Part shown: positions 1 through 8,237 of the stretch, piece after piece
How positions within the stretch are numbered: position 1 is the stretch's first letter
Layout: each line of letters opens with the position of its first letter
Origin: a virus
Virus record (IMG/VR): IMGVR_UViG_3300021090_000005
Length of the DNA: 43,378 nucleotides
Strand: one strand, 5' to 3'
Position numbers and translations under genes: made by a program
Notes under the pieces: generated by a model
The model's database searches: none
Told to the model about the DNA's origin: nothing
The model's input: only the letters and a program-made list of their open reading frames with translations

Positions 1-127
1 CTTAGGTAATTCAATCTCTTCTAATAAAACTTGAGATTTACACCAGCTTTTTAATCCATCTGTTCCTAGTCTTGGACTTGTACTTATTGCAAATAATCTT
101 GGATTAGTTATGTTTGCGTGAGTTTGA
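1..127. repeat. Terminal overlap. Bases 1-127 are identical to 43252-43378, so the contig is circularly closed with a unique length of 43,251 bp.
   Basis: Direct comparison of the first and last 127 nt shows complete identity. Confidence 0.97.
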
Positions 128-306
128 TTAAATAGTACTGCAAGTATTGGGTGTTCGTAGTAATGTAATACTTGATTCGTGCAAGGTTTTTTACCTTTTA
201 TTTCAGAATCAATAGTTACTCTTTCTCCTAGCTTCCACTGAAAATTATCATGAGTAGTCATAGACTGAGTTGTTAGTTTGCATTTAATACGTTTATTTAT
301 GTTCAT
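1..306 (-). CDS. N-terminal 102 codons of a gene that crosses the circular junction. The full gene is complement(join(42910..43251,1..306)), 215 aa. The N-terminal domain is DUF7666-like.
   Basis: Manual translation from ATG at 306: MNINKRIKCKLTTQSMTTHDNFQWKLGERVTIDSEIKGKKPCTNQVLHYYEHP... stays open to base 1. It continues in frame at 43251. RBS AAGGAG lies upstream. The C-x3-(V/G)-L-H-x3-P pattern resembles DUF7666 (from memory). Confidence 0.8.
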   Translation of the reverse strand, partial: MNINKRIKCKLTTQSMTTHDNFQWKLGERVTIDSEIKGKKPCTNQVLHYYEHPILAVLFNQTHANITNPRLFAISTSPRLGTDGLKSWCKSQVLLEEIELPK

Positions 307-402
307 GTTATATTACTCCTTGGTTTGGTTGAGCCTAGTTAAGTTATGAATTACTTGTTACAAGGTATGCTACTTTGTATTACATTGTATTACTTTGCAC
401 AT

Positions 403-431
403 ATTATATAATATAATATATTTTGAGTCAA
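403..431 (-). promoter_or_regulatory. Near-consensus sigma70 promoter for the leftward early operon: -35 TTGACT at 431..426, 17-bp spacer, -10 TATAAT at 408..403
   Basis: The minus strand reads TTGACTcaaaatatattatattaTATAAT, about 95 nt upstream of the ATG at 306. Confidence 0.65.
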
Positions 432-510
432 CATAAATTTATCTTTCTATATTGTACTTAAAATATATCACAAAGTTATACACATATATCAGATTTTAAT
501 ACTTATAACA

Positions 511-582
511 AAATTTCCAAAACCCCTTCAACAACAAAACTACTTACAAACACTTCCCTATTTCCCCTGTTTTACACATTCC
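511..582. repeat. Left arm of a ~72-bp imperfect inverted repeat (partner 843-914)
   Basis: The reverse complement of 843-914 aligns to 511-582. It includes a perfect core ACAAAACTACTTACAAACACTTCCC, plus a few mismatches and 1-2 nt indels. Confidence 0.9.
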
Positions 583-757
583 TATTTTTTTACCTTATAT
601 CTTATCCTATCACTTCCTACTATCTTTTGCCTTTCCATCTCAATGTATTTCTAGAACCCCCTATTTTAAATTAATATAAAATATAGTATACCTATAACAT
701 TATATACTATACAGATGTATCACTACTTGTATCTATACCATACACTATACAAGTATT

Positions 758-801
758 ATATACTAGTACCAGATACAAGTATCATATACTAGTACCAGAT
801 A
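758..801. repeat. Iteron-like direct repeat. ATATACTAGTACCAGATA occurs twice (758-775 and 784-801, 26-bp period), with flanking TACAAGTAT / ATACTTGTA motifs.
   Basis: There are two exact 18-mer copies. TACAAGTAT lies at 746-754 and 775-783, and its reverse complement lies near 724-732. Confidence 0.85.
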
Positions 802-842
802 TAACTATCATATACCACCATAACTAGATACTATAGTTTGGA

Positions 843-914
843 GGAATGTGAAAACCGAGGGGAAAGGGGAAGTGTTTGTAAGTAGTTTTGTTTGTGAGAG
901 GGTTTCCGCAATTT
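843..914. repeat. Right arm of the ~72-bp imperfect inverted repeat (partner 511-582)
   Basis: See the left arm. The arms flank ~260 bp of AT-rich, repeat-dense non-coding DNA. Confidence 0.9.
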
Positions 915-926
915 AGTTACAACATT

Positions 927-958
927 ATATGTGCATATGTGCATATGTGCATATGTGT
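927..958. repeat. Octanucleotide microsatellite (ATATGTGC), about 4 units, strictly alternating purine-pyrimidine
   Basis: Counted directly: units at 927-934, 935-942 and 943-950, and a variant at 951-958. Confidence 0.95.
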
Positions 959-972
959 TAAGATAAGTTAAA

Positions 973-1009
<37 letters not shown>

Positions 1010-1011
1010 CT

Positions 1012-1048
1012 ATAAAAATGGATTGCACACTATACAAGCTATGCAATC
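1012..1048 (-). terminator. Rho-independent terminator candidate downstream of CDS 1069..1734
   Basis: The minus strand reads GATTGCA-(14 nt loop)-TGCAATC followed by CATTTTTATA. It starts 20 nt after the stop codon. Confidence 0.55.
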
Positions 1049-1068
1049 TATCCAGTACAAATACTACT

Positions 1069-1734
1069 TCATAGTGCCAGCAAATCTGCTGCCGGTTTAA
1101 CTTTCATTGCTTCCAACTTTGCAGTAAACGCGACTGTCAACTTATCTTCTGCTGGTGCTGCAACTTCTAAAGCACGTATCAAGCGAGTAGCGATTTCAGG
1201 TGCATAATACGTCTTGCTACCACTCAGCGCTGCAAACTTCTCGCAGTAATCAGATACAATCTTGTTAAGCTTCACAGTCTCAGTTTCACTTGGAGTATCA
1301 CTGATACCTAACTTATCTGCGATTGCAACACTTAACAGCTCTGCAACATTGCCATTGAACCAAGCAGTGATGCTATCCTTGCTTAATCTATTGCCTTTTG
1401 CTGCTTCATCAAGCCAATTGATACAGGCAAGTACACTGATGTCAGAATCCAGTATCTCTACACCTTCACCAGTACCATGCTCAAGCAGCTTTGCTCGTAT
1501 CAACTCATTCTGTGCACCTTCAAGTAGTTCATGCACATGCACTGCAAGTTCTGCTTGATACACTGCAATTTGCTCTTCTTGCAACACTGGAACTGATACA
1601 CACTTACTAGGCATTACTGCCTTCTGATTAGCCGTAGTCTTAAACACTATCTTTGCTAACCGCTGACCATCAAGCGCTACTGACTTCTTTGCATCATAGT
1701 TACGGACAGAATGTGACACACTCATGTTAGACAT
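1069..1734 (-). CDS. Hypothetical 221-aa protein. It forms a monocistronic unit and is a distant paralog of CDS 37738..38379.
   Basis: Long ORF with RBS GAAAGGAA upstream. It is flanked by its own promoter-like element and terminator. It shares V-x-VPV, L-[DE]-x-AA-[KR] and a C-terminal ADLLA(N)L with the 213-aa protein. Confidence 0.9.
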   Translation of the reverse strand: MSNMSVSHSVRNYDAKKSVALDGQRLAKIVFKTTANQKAVMPSKCVSVPVLQEEQIAVYQAELAVHVHELLEGAQNELIRAKLLEHGTGEGVEILDSDISVLACINWLDEAAKGNRLSKDSITAWFNGNVAELLSVAIADKLGISDTPSETETVKLNKIVSDYCEKFAALSGSKTYYAPEIATRLIRALEVAAPAEDKLTVAFTAKLEAMKVKPAADLLAL

Positions 1735-1797
1735 GATTATTTCCTTTCTCTAGGTGGTTTAAAAGAACTAAGTCTATGGGATGCAATACGCACCCGT

Positions 1798-1811
1798 GCT
1801 ACTATAGTAGC
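1798..1811. promoter_or_regulatory. Perfect 14-bp palindrome GCTACTATAGTAGC overlapping the -12 element (operator candidate)
   Basis: The sequence is self-complementary when read directly. Confidence 0.5.
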
Positions 1812-1826
1812 AGGAACCGTGCCAGC
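1809..1826 (-). promoter_or_regulatory. Sigma54-type (-24/-12) promoter candidate upstream of CDS 1069..1734
   Basis: The minus strand reads GCTGGCACGGTTCCTGCT, against the consensus YTGGCACGrNNNTTGCW. There is one mismatch, and the GG-to-GC spacing is correct. Confidence 0.5.
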
Positions 1827-1892
1827 TATCACACTATATAATACTCAATGAAATCAACCACTTACATACATAAGTCACTACTAATATACTCT

Positions 1893-1915
1893 CAATGTGA
1901 CCATAATCGTCACCT
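1893..1915. promoter_or_regulatory. Operator/UAS-like site, copy 1: CAATGTGACCATAATCGTCACCT, containing GTGAC-N7-GTCAC
   Basis: The exact 23-bp sequence is repeated at 1980-2002, and it contains an internal inverted repeat. Confidence 0.6.
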
Positions 1916-1961
1916 ACCCCTCACATATCATACAATATCCAAGGCAATCAATCAGTTACAG

Positions 1962-2002
1962 GTGATAATTTACGTCATACAATGTGACCATAATCGTCAC
2001 CT
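1962..2002. promoter_or_regulatory. Degenerate site GTGAT-N7-GTCAT (1962-1978) abutting perfect copy 2 of the 23-bp site (1980-2002)
   Basis: The half-site spacing is the same. The perfect copy is identical to 1893-1915, with 87 bp centre to centre. Confidence 0.55.
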
Positions 2003-2206
2003 GCATCCGGCAACAGCAAGTAGCAACTGAGTATCATTCTCAACTAGTGTAATGTAACTAAGAATCATTCTCACTAGGGGGTGGAAGCCTTTTTTAAGTT
2101 TTCATGTGCGTCTGTATCCTATAAGTAACTCTAAAATTTTCTAAACTTTTATATCCCACATAACCTCACATACTATCTACAGCACTCATGCAAATAGTTT
2201 TGCCTG

Positions 2207-2240
2207 TATATTTCTTACACAAGGTAATGCTATATTCATG
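2207..2240 (+). promoter_or_regulatory. 34-bp direct repeat, copy 1, carrying an extended -10 promoter motif (TGcTATATT). Candidate late/structural-operon promoter.
   Basis: TATATTTCTTACACAAGGTAATGCTATATTCATG is repeated exactly at 2262-2295. Confidence 0.45.
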
Positions 2241-2261
2241 TTAAAAAGTACTTTAGAATCA

Positions 2262-2295
2262 TATATTTCTTACACAAGGTAATGCTATATTCATG
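2262..2295 (+). promoter_or_regulatory. 34-bp direct repeat, copy 2 (extended -10 TGcTATATT)
   Basis: Identical to 2207-2240. It lies 55 bp downstream of copy 1 and ~90 bp upstream of the first plus-strand gene. Confidence 0.45.
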
Positions 2296-2381
2296 AAACC
2301 CTGCTACCAACACAACAATACTTCGCATAGTATATGCATAAGTATTGAAAGGTGCACAGATTAAACAAGGACAGTATTATA

Positions 2382-2987
2382 ATGACTACGACTAATAGTT
2401 CTGTAGCAGTACAATCAAATAGTACAATTGAACGAGCAATATCTTTGCTTGGTTCTGGACTATCTCCAGAAGTTGTATCATCAACACTAGGAGTAACTTC
2501 TGGATACATATCTCAACTTATGTCACAGGATGAAATAGCATTTAAAGTTACTCAATTGAGATACGAGTCATTGCAAAAACACAATGCAAGAGATTTAGGA
2601 TACGATGAGTTAGAAGATTTGCTACTTGTTAAGATGAAAGAGTTACTTCCATTAATGATGCGCCCAATGGAAATATTACGAGCACTGCAAGTACTTAATA
2701 GTGCAAAACGTCGTGGACAATCTGCACCGGAAGCAATACATCAACAACAAGAAGTAGTAAAATTAATATTACCTATACAAGTGATACAAAACTTCCAAGT
2801 AGATATTAAAAATACAGTAATTAAAACTGGAGATCAAGATCTGCTAACTATAAATCCTAAGCAACTTCAAGCCTCTACACAAAAGAACGGAGTAACATAT
2901 GATGGTATCTCCTCAAGAGAAACAAGTATTAGAGAAAGTAACTCTAACAATACAAGAAGAATTGAAACGCAAACACTTAGTAGCTAA
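2382..2987 (+). CDS. terS: Putative small terminase subunit with an N-terminal HTH. The start could alternatively be the GTG at 2352.
   Basis: It lies immediately upstream of terL. There is an HTH-like segment, GLSPEVVSSTLGVTSGYISQL. The ATG at 2382 is preceded by AAGGA. Confidence 0.55.
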   Translation: MTTTNSSVAVQSNSTIERAISLLGSGLSPEVVSSTLGVTSGYISQLMSQDEIAFKVTQLRYESLQKHNARDLGYDELEDLLLVKMKELLPLMMRPMEILRALQVLNSAKRRGQSAPEAIHQQQEVVKLILPIQVIQNFQVDIKNTVIKTGDQDLLTINPKQLQASTQKNGVTYDGISSRETSIRESNSNNTRRIETQTLSS

Positions 2988-3071
2988 TAAAGAAGCTGCT
3001 AATACATTACTATTATCTATGTCTTTAAGTTTACAAATGTCATCCACCACAGTTAAAGTAACTAAAATAAA

Positions 3072-4628
3072 ATGACTATCCTTTCTGATTTAGGTTTTAC
3101 TCACGAAGAGATACAAAAAGCACAAGAAAACTTACCGAAGGAAGATATACAAGAACTAACAACAGAAGCTAGTTTTACTACAGCAGAGGTTATAAATCTT
3201 GCGAAAAGCTATTTGAATTTTCTAGCACCATTAATAATGCCAACTGTTTTTAAGTTTGATTTTCCTGCAGTGTTCTTATCAGTGTGGTTTTTACTTATAA
3301 CTACTGTAAACAAAGTACGAGATTTTACACAATTAGCAATAGGACTACCTCGTGGATTTGGTAAAACTACTCTAATAAAAATATTTATTTTCTTTTGTAT
3401 AGTATTTACAAAAAAAGAATTTATACTTGTAATATCTTCTACCGCTAGTTTAGCAGAAAATATTCTAGCTGACGTACAAGATATGTTAAATGAACCCAAC
3501 GTTAAAAGAGTATTTGGTGATTGGAGATTAGGACTTGAGAAGGATACACAAGCAGTTAAAAAGTTTGGTTACAGAGGACGTAACATAACTCTTGCTGCTA
3601 TTGGTGCTGGTACTTCATTACGTGGTCTTAATATTAAAAACGTACGACCAGATGTAATGATATTTGAGGATATACAAACTCGTGAGTGTGCAGACTCTCA
3701 AATACAGTCAGAAGCATTAGAACGTTGGATGATTGGTACAGCTATGAAAGCTAAATCACCAATGGGTTGTTTATATGTTTTTGTAGCTAATATGTATCCA
3801 ACTAAGTTTTCTATTCTTCGTAAACTTAAAACTAATCCAAAATGGGTTAAATTTATAGTAGGAGGAATACTAGCAAATGGTGAAAGTCTCTGGGAAGAGT
3901 TACAACCAATAAAACAACTACTGGAAGAATATGAATCAGATGTTGCAATGGGACACCCTGAGATATTCTTTGCAGAAGTTCTTAATGATACAGAAGCAGC
4001 AGAAGGTAGAGCAATAGATATATCTAAACTACCTATATATCCTTATGAAGAAAATGAACTTTGTGTAGGTAATTTTATAGTGATTGACCCTGCTACAGGT
4101 AAAGAAGGTAAAGATGAAGTAACTATTACCTATTTTGAAATTTACAATACACTACCAGTAGCGAAGAAAATATTAGAAGGAGCATTCAGTCCTGGGGATA
4201 CTATAAAGAATGCACTTACTCTTGCTCTTAATAATAATTGTTCTCTTATAGTAATTGAATCTAATGCATATCAAGCAACATTAAAATATTGGTTTGATTT
4301 TTGTACGTTACAATTAGGAATAATAGGAATAGAAGCAGTTGAAATTTATAGTGGTATAAGTAGTAAAATATCAAGAGTTCTTACAATGTTTAAAGCACTA
4401 CTCGCAGGAGAAATATATATTCATCCAGATTGTAAAGTTGCAGTATATAATCAAGCGAGTCAATTTAACCCACTAAAAAATAATAATACAGATGGTATAT
4501 TAGATTGTCTTACTTACGCATCTAAAGTTATTGAACAGTTTGGGACACAAATAATTTCTCGTGGTGTATTAGGTAATATGAATTCTGTTAGTTCAATAGA
4601 TGTAGATGCACCTAACTCGGCCTTTTAA
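3072..4628 (+). CDS. terL: Terminase large subunit
   Basis: Walker A-like GLPRGFGKTT, Walker B-like PDVMIFEDIQ and a C-terminal nuclease-like VIDPATGKEGKDE. It lies just upstream of the portal gene. Confidence 0.9.
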   Translation: MTILSDLGFTHEEIQKAQENLPKEDIQELTTEASFTTAEVINLAKSYLNFLAPLIMPTVFKFDFPAVFLSVWFLLITTVNKVRDFTQLAIGLPRGFGKTTLIKIFIFFCIVFTKKEFILVISSTASLAENILADVQDMLNEPNVKRVFGDWRLGLEKDTQAVKKFGYRGRNITLAAIGAGTSLRGLNIKNVRPDVMIFEDIQTRECADSQIQSEALERWMIGTAMKAKSPMGCLYVFVANMYPTKFSILRKLKTNPKWVKFIVGGILANGESLWEELQPIKQLLEEYESDVAMGHPEIFFAEVLNDTEAAEGRAIDISKLPIYPYEENELCVGNFIVIDPATGKEGKDEVTITYFEIYNTLPVAKKILEGAFSPGDTIKNALTLALNNNCSLIVIESNAYQATLKYWFDFCTLQLGIIGIEAVEIYSGISSKISRVLTMFKALLAGEIYIHPDCKVAVYNQASQFNPLKNNNTDGILDCLTYASKVIEQFGTQIISRGVLGNMNSVSSIDVDAPNSAF

Positions 4629-4645
4629 CTGGAGACTATAAAATC

Positions 4646-6694
4646 ATGGCAGCAGATACTCCAAATACAGCTTTACTACTTCCTAGAAAAACTCAGGAAG
4701 CTATTATAAATTATCATAATCAGTGTTTTACTATGCAGAATCAACAGTTCAATATACGTGAACAACTGCGTCAGATGGATTTAGCTTATAGTCGTGAAAC
4801 TGACCTTACAAAAGATCATGTACGAGCTAAATTAAGTAATAAATATGGAGATTCTAGTAAATTACAGAATATAGTGGTTCCTGTAGTATTTCCAGCAGTA
4901 GAAGCTGCTGTGACATATCAATCGAGTGTATTTTTATCTGGTAATCCTATTTTTGGTGTATCTAGTGATGCTGCTAATGAAGATGCCGCATTGCAGACGG
5001 AGTCTATTATAGCAGATAGCTCTATAAAAGGTGGTTGGGTAGCACAACTACAAATGTCTTTAAGAGATGGTTTTAAATACAACATATCTGCTACAGAAGT
5101 TGGTTGGGAAAAACTAACTACTGCATCCCTAGAAACTGATTTAACTTTTTCTGCTAAGCAAGCTAAACAAACTGAAACTATTTGGGAAGGTAATATAATC
5201 AAACACCTTGATATGTATAATACTTTCTGGGATACTAGAGTACAACCTACTAAAGTTCATACTCACGGAGAGTATGCAGGATATAACGAAATAATGTCTC
5301 GTATTGATCTTAAAGACTTTATTAATAAATTAAATGATAAATTAGTAGAAAATGTAACTTTAGCATTAGAGTCTGGTACTATAGGAAGTGCTGATACTGG
5401 TACTGGTGCTGCAGAAACTTATTATGTTCCTGAGATTAACTCAGAAGCATTACTTGGTAAAAATCCTCTCCTTAGTACTGATTGGTTAGCTTGGGCAGGT
5501 ATTGCCGGCGCAGAACAAAAGATTATGTACCGTAATGTGTATGAAGTAACTACTTTATATGCAAAAATACTTCCTGCTGATTTTGGTTTAAAAGTACCTT
5601 CTAAAAATACACCACAAATTTGGAAATTTATAATCATTAATCATAATGTAGTTATTTATGCAGAGCGTCAGACTAATGCTCACGGTTTCTTACCAATACT
5701 ATTTATGCAGCCTCTTGAAGATGGTTTAGGATATCAAACTAAATCTCTTGCAGGTAATTCTACTGCTTTTCAAGCTATTGCTAGTACTATGGTTAATTCT
5801 ACTTTTGCTGCTCGTAGACGGGCAATATCTGATAGAGGTTTATATGACCCAAGTAGAGTAGAAGAGCGACATATAAATAGTCCTAATCCAAGTGCTAAAA
5901 TACCAATTAAACCGGCTGCTTATGGTAAACCACTGTCTGAAGCGTATTATCCTATACCTTTTAGAGATGATCAATCTGGTATAATTTTACAAGAATTACC
6001 TCTAATTACTCGCATGGCAGATATTGTTAATGGTCAGAATCCTACTAAACAAGGACAATTTGTTAAAGGTAATAAAACTAAACAAGAGTTTAAAGACGTA
6101 ATGAATAATGCTAATGGAAGAGATCAAAATACTTCCATTCTATTAGAAGCACAGTTCTTTACTCCTATGAAAGAAATTATTAAAATAAATATTTTACAGT
6201 ATCAAGGTGCGACTTCAATATATAACCCAAAAATTAAAGAGTCAGTTACTATTAATCCAGTAATTTTACGCAAAGCTGTAATGGCTTTTGATATTTCTGA
6301 TGGTTTACTACCTACATCTAAGATAATTAATGCTGAAGCTCTTACAGTAGCTTTACAAACTCTTGCTACTTCTCCACATATTGCTAGAGGTTATAATATT
6401 GCTCCTATGTTTTCTTACTTAATGAAAACGCAAGGAGCGCATCTTGCGGAGTTTGAAAAGTCTGCTGCCCAAATAGCTTATGAAGATGCGATAGTATCTT
6501 GGCAAACAGCAACTCAAGCATTAACAGCAGAACTTACTGTATTAGTAAAAGTAGCAATACCTGAGAAATTAACAGAACTAATTAAAGAGTTTAACGCAAC
6601 ACTACCACCACAACCTAAGCCACAGGATTATAACTATATACCACAAGGACTAGGAGTATCTAAACAGCAACAACAACAACCATCAGGAGTTTAA
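4646..6694 (+). CDS. Portal protein
   Basis: A 682-aa ORF directly after terL and before the scaffold and capsid genes. RBS GGAG upstream. Confidence 0.8.
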   Translation: MAADTPNTALLLPRKTQEAIINYHNQCFTMQNQQFNIREQLRQMDLAYSRETDLTKDHVRAKLSNKYGDSSKLQNIVVPVVFPAVEAAVTYQSSVFLSGNPIFGVSSDAANEDAALQTESIIADSSIKGGWVAQLQMSLRDGFKYNISATEVGWEKLTTASLETDLTFSAKQAKQTETIWEGNIIKHLDMYNTFWDTRVQPTKVHTHGEYAGYNEIMSRIDLKDFINKLNDKLVENVTLALESGTIGSADTGTGAAETYYVPEINSEALLGKNPLLSTDWLAWAGIAGAEQKIMYRNVYEVTTLYAKILPADFGLKVPSKNTPQIWKFIIINHNVVIYAERQTNAHGFLPILFMQPLEDGLGYQTKSLAGNSTAFQAIASTMVNSTFAARRRAISDRGLYDPSRVEERHINSPNPSAKIPIKPAAYGKPLSEAYYPIPFRDDQSGIILQELPLITRMADIVNGQNPTKQGQFVKGNKTKQEFKDVMNNANGRDQNTSILLEAQFFTPMKEIIKINILQYQGATSIYNPKIKESVTINPVILRKAVMAFDISDGLLPTSKIINAEALTVALQTLATSPHIARGYNIAPMFSYLMKTQGAHLAEFEKSAAQIAYEDAIVSWQTATQALTAELTVLVKVAIPEKLTELIKEFNATLPPQPKPQDYNYIPQGLGVSKQQQQQPSGV

Positions 6695-6695
6695 T

Positions 6696-6971
6696 ATGAG
6701 TATGATAGGAAAGAGTAGTTTTACTAAATATATTCTCAATGAGTCAGAAACAATTACTTCCCAATTACTTACACAACCACAGAAAGAGAATATACAAAAT
6801 CTTCTCTGTGAAGCAGCTGAGATGAGACTTGCATTAGTATTTAACCCACTTAATCCTTCTGTGTTTATACAAGAAGAAGCAGGACTTAGTGGTAGGATTA
6901 CAATACTAAAGTATCTTCTTGAAGCTTCAGAATTAGCAGAATTAGAGTTAGCAAATCACCCACAAGCGTAG
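6696..6971 (+). CDS. Hypothetical small head-module protein
   Basis: A 91-aa ORF, translationally coupled to the portal gene (TAATATG). Confidence 0.7.
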   Translation: MSMIGKSSFTKYILNESETITSQLLTQPQKENIQNLLCEAAEMRLALVFNPLNPSVFIQEEAGLSGRITILKYLLEASELAELELANHPQA

Positions 6972-7011
6972 TAACATCTCCAAACACTTTTACACTGAGA
7001 GGAATTATATC

Positions 7012-7773
7012 ATGGCTTCAGCATTCGACATGTTTAAAACAGCGCCACAAACACCACAACCTAGTCCTAATAATCAAAGTAACCCAGGACAACTTCCAAC
7101 TGTGCCAACACAAACTACTACCTATTCTCCAAATACTGCACCTAATGGGACTGTTCCAACACCTAATATTGTTAATGATAAGCCAAAGAACCCTCTTGAC
7201 GAATTTAAGACTGTGTGGGATACTCCTAAAGACAAAGATGGAAAAGAAATACCACCAATTAGTACTGAAGTATTCCCAAGTATTGACCCAAAACAGTTAA
7301 TGGAAGCGGCTGGTAAAGTAGATTTTAGTAAAGTAATTAAGCCAGAGCAACTAGAGGCAGTTAAAGCAGGTGGTGAAGGAGCAGCTAAAGCATTAGCAGA
7401 AATCATTAATGCAAGCTCTCAACAAGTATATGCACAATCTGCTTATGCTACCACTGAAATAGTTAAAGAGGCTGTTAAGAAAATTATAGAGTCACAAGAT
7501 AAAGCACTTGCAGAAAAATTAAGAGGTCTTAATCTATCTGAATCCCTCCAGAAAGAAAATCCTGTATTCTCCCACCCAGCAGCAACTCCAATACTCGAAG
7601 GTATCCAGAACCAACTTGCGCTTAAGAACCCTAATGCTTCTACTGAAGAACTTAAACAGTTAGCTAAAGGATTTCTTGAAGCTTTTGCAAGTTCTTTTGC
7701 TCCTAAACAAGAGGAAACTTCTAAAGGAAATAAAGGTTCTAAAGAGACTGATTGGAGTAAGTTTTTAGAGTAA
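7012..7773 (+). CDS. Putative scaffolding protein
   Basis: It sits between the portal and capsid genes. It has a low-complexity Pro/Thr/Gln N-terminus and a helical, charged C-terminal half. Confidence 0.6.
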   Translation: MASAFDMFKTAPQTPQPSPNNQSNPGQLPTVPTQTTTYSPNTAPNGTVPTPNIVNDKPKNPLDEFKTVWDTPKDKDGKEIPPISTEVFPSIDPKQLMEAAGKVDFSKVIKPEQLEAVKAGGEGAAKALAEIINASSQQVYAQSAYATTEIVKEAVKKIIESQDKALAEKLRGLNLSESLQKENPVFSHPAATPILEGIQNQLALKNPNASTEELKQLAKGFLEAFASSFAPKQEETSKGNKGSKETDWSKFLE

Positions 7774-7823
7774 TAGTTTACATATTGTAACTATTTAATA
7801 TATTTATTCTAGGAGAAACAAAA

Positions 7824-8237
7824 ATGAGACCTAATCGCGTTTTAGTACAAGATGAATTATTTGTTACTCGTATCGCACAGAATGGTGATGGATTGTTAAC
7901 CTTTCCTTCTATATCAGTACTTACAACTGTTGGTGCTGGCACATTACTAGCAGCTTTACTTGGTTCAGGGGTATTGCATCGTACTGGTCCAACAGCAGGT
8001 TATGCTGATACAGTAGATACTGGTGCTAACTTGGATACAGCTTATCCAAATCTTAAAGTTGGTGATTCCATCCATGTGTTATATATTAATGGAGTTGCTT
8101 TTGCCAGTACCATTACTGCTGCCACTGGTGTTACTTTAAAAACTGCTACTGCTAATAATGTAGTTGCTGCAAGCACTGGTCGTCAGTTGTTATTTATCAA
8201 GACAGGTGTTGGAACATACGATTTGTATGTAATCTAA
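7824..8237 (+). CDS. Hypothetical head protein (possible decoration or head accessory protein)
   Basis: A 137-aa ORF with a strong RBS (TAGGAG), immediately upstream of the major capsid gene. Confidence 0.7.
   Translation: MRPNRVLVQDELFVTRIAQNGDGLLTFPSISVLTTVGAGTLLAALLGSGVLHRTGPTAGYADTVDTGANLDTAYPNLKVGDSIHVLYINGVAFASTITAATGVTLKTATANNVVAASTGRQLLFIKTGVGTYDLYVI

Noticed and set aside
1-127. The 127-bp terminal direct repeat as a biological DTR (T7-like terminal redundancy)
   Set aside because: The repeat falls inside a coding sequence. Its length is typical of an assembler k-mer overlap, so it more likely marks circular closure. True physical ends, if any, more likely lie in the 431-1011 non-coding region.
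758-801. CRISPR-like array
   Set aside because: There are only two copies of an 18-mer at a 26-bp period. There is no spacer architecture and no cas genes.
511-914. Invertible promoter switch (inverton) bounded by the inverted repeat
   Set aside because: No invertase or recombinase gene is present in the genome. The arms are far longer and more degenerate than typical inverton repeats.
1848-2030. Track ORF of 60 aa containing a duplicated CDHNRHL peptide
   Set aside because: The duplication only reflects the two 23-bp operator-like DNA repeats. There is no RBS, and the ORF lies in the divergent regulatory region.
7936-7952. Second sigma54-like element, CTGGCACATTACTAGCA, on the plus strand
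   Set aside because: It lies inside CDS 7824..8237 and has a weaker match (TAGCA for TTGCW, and no G after TGGCAC). One such hit is expected by chance in 86 kb of two-strand sequence.
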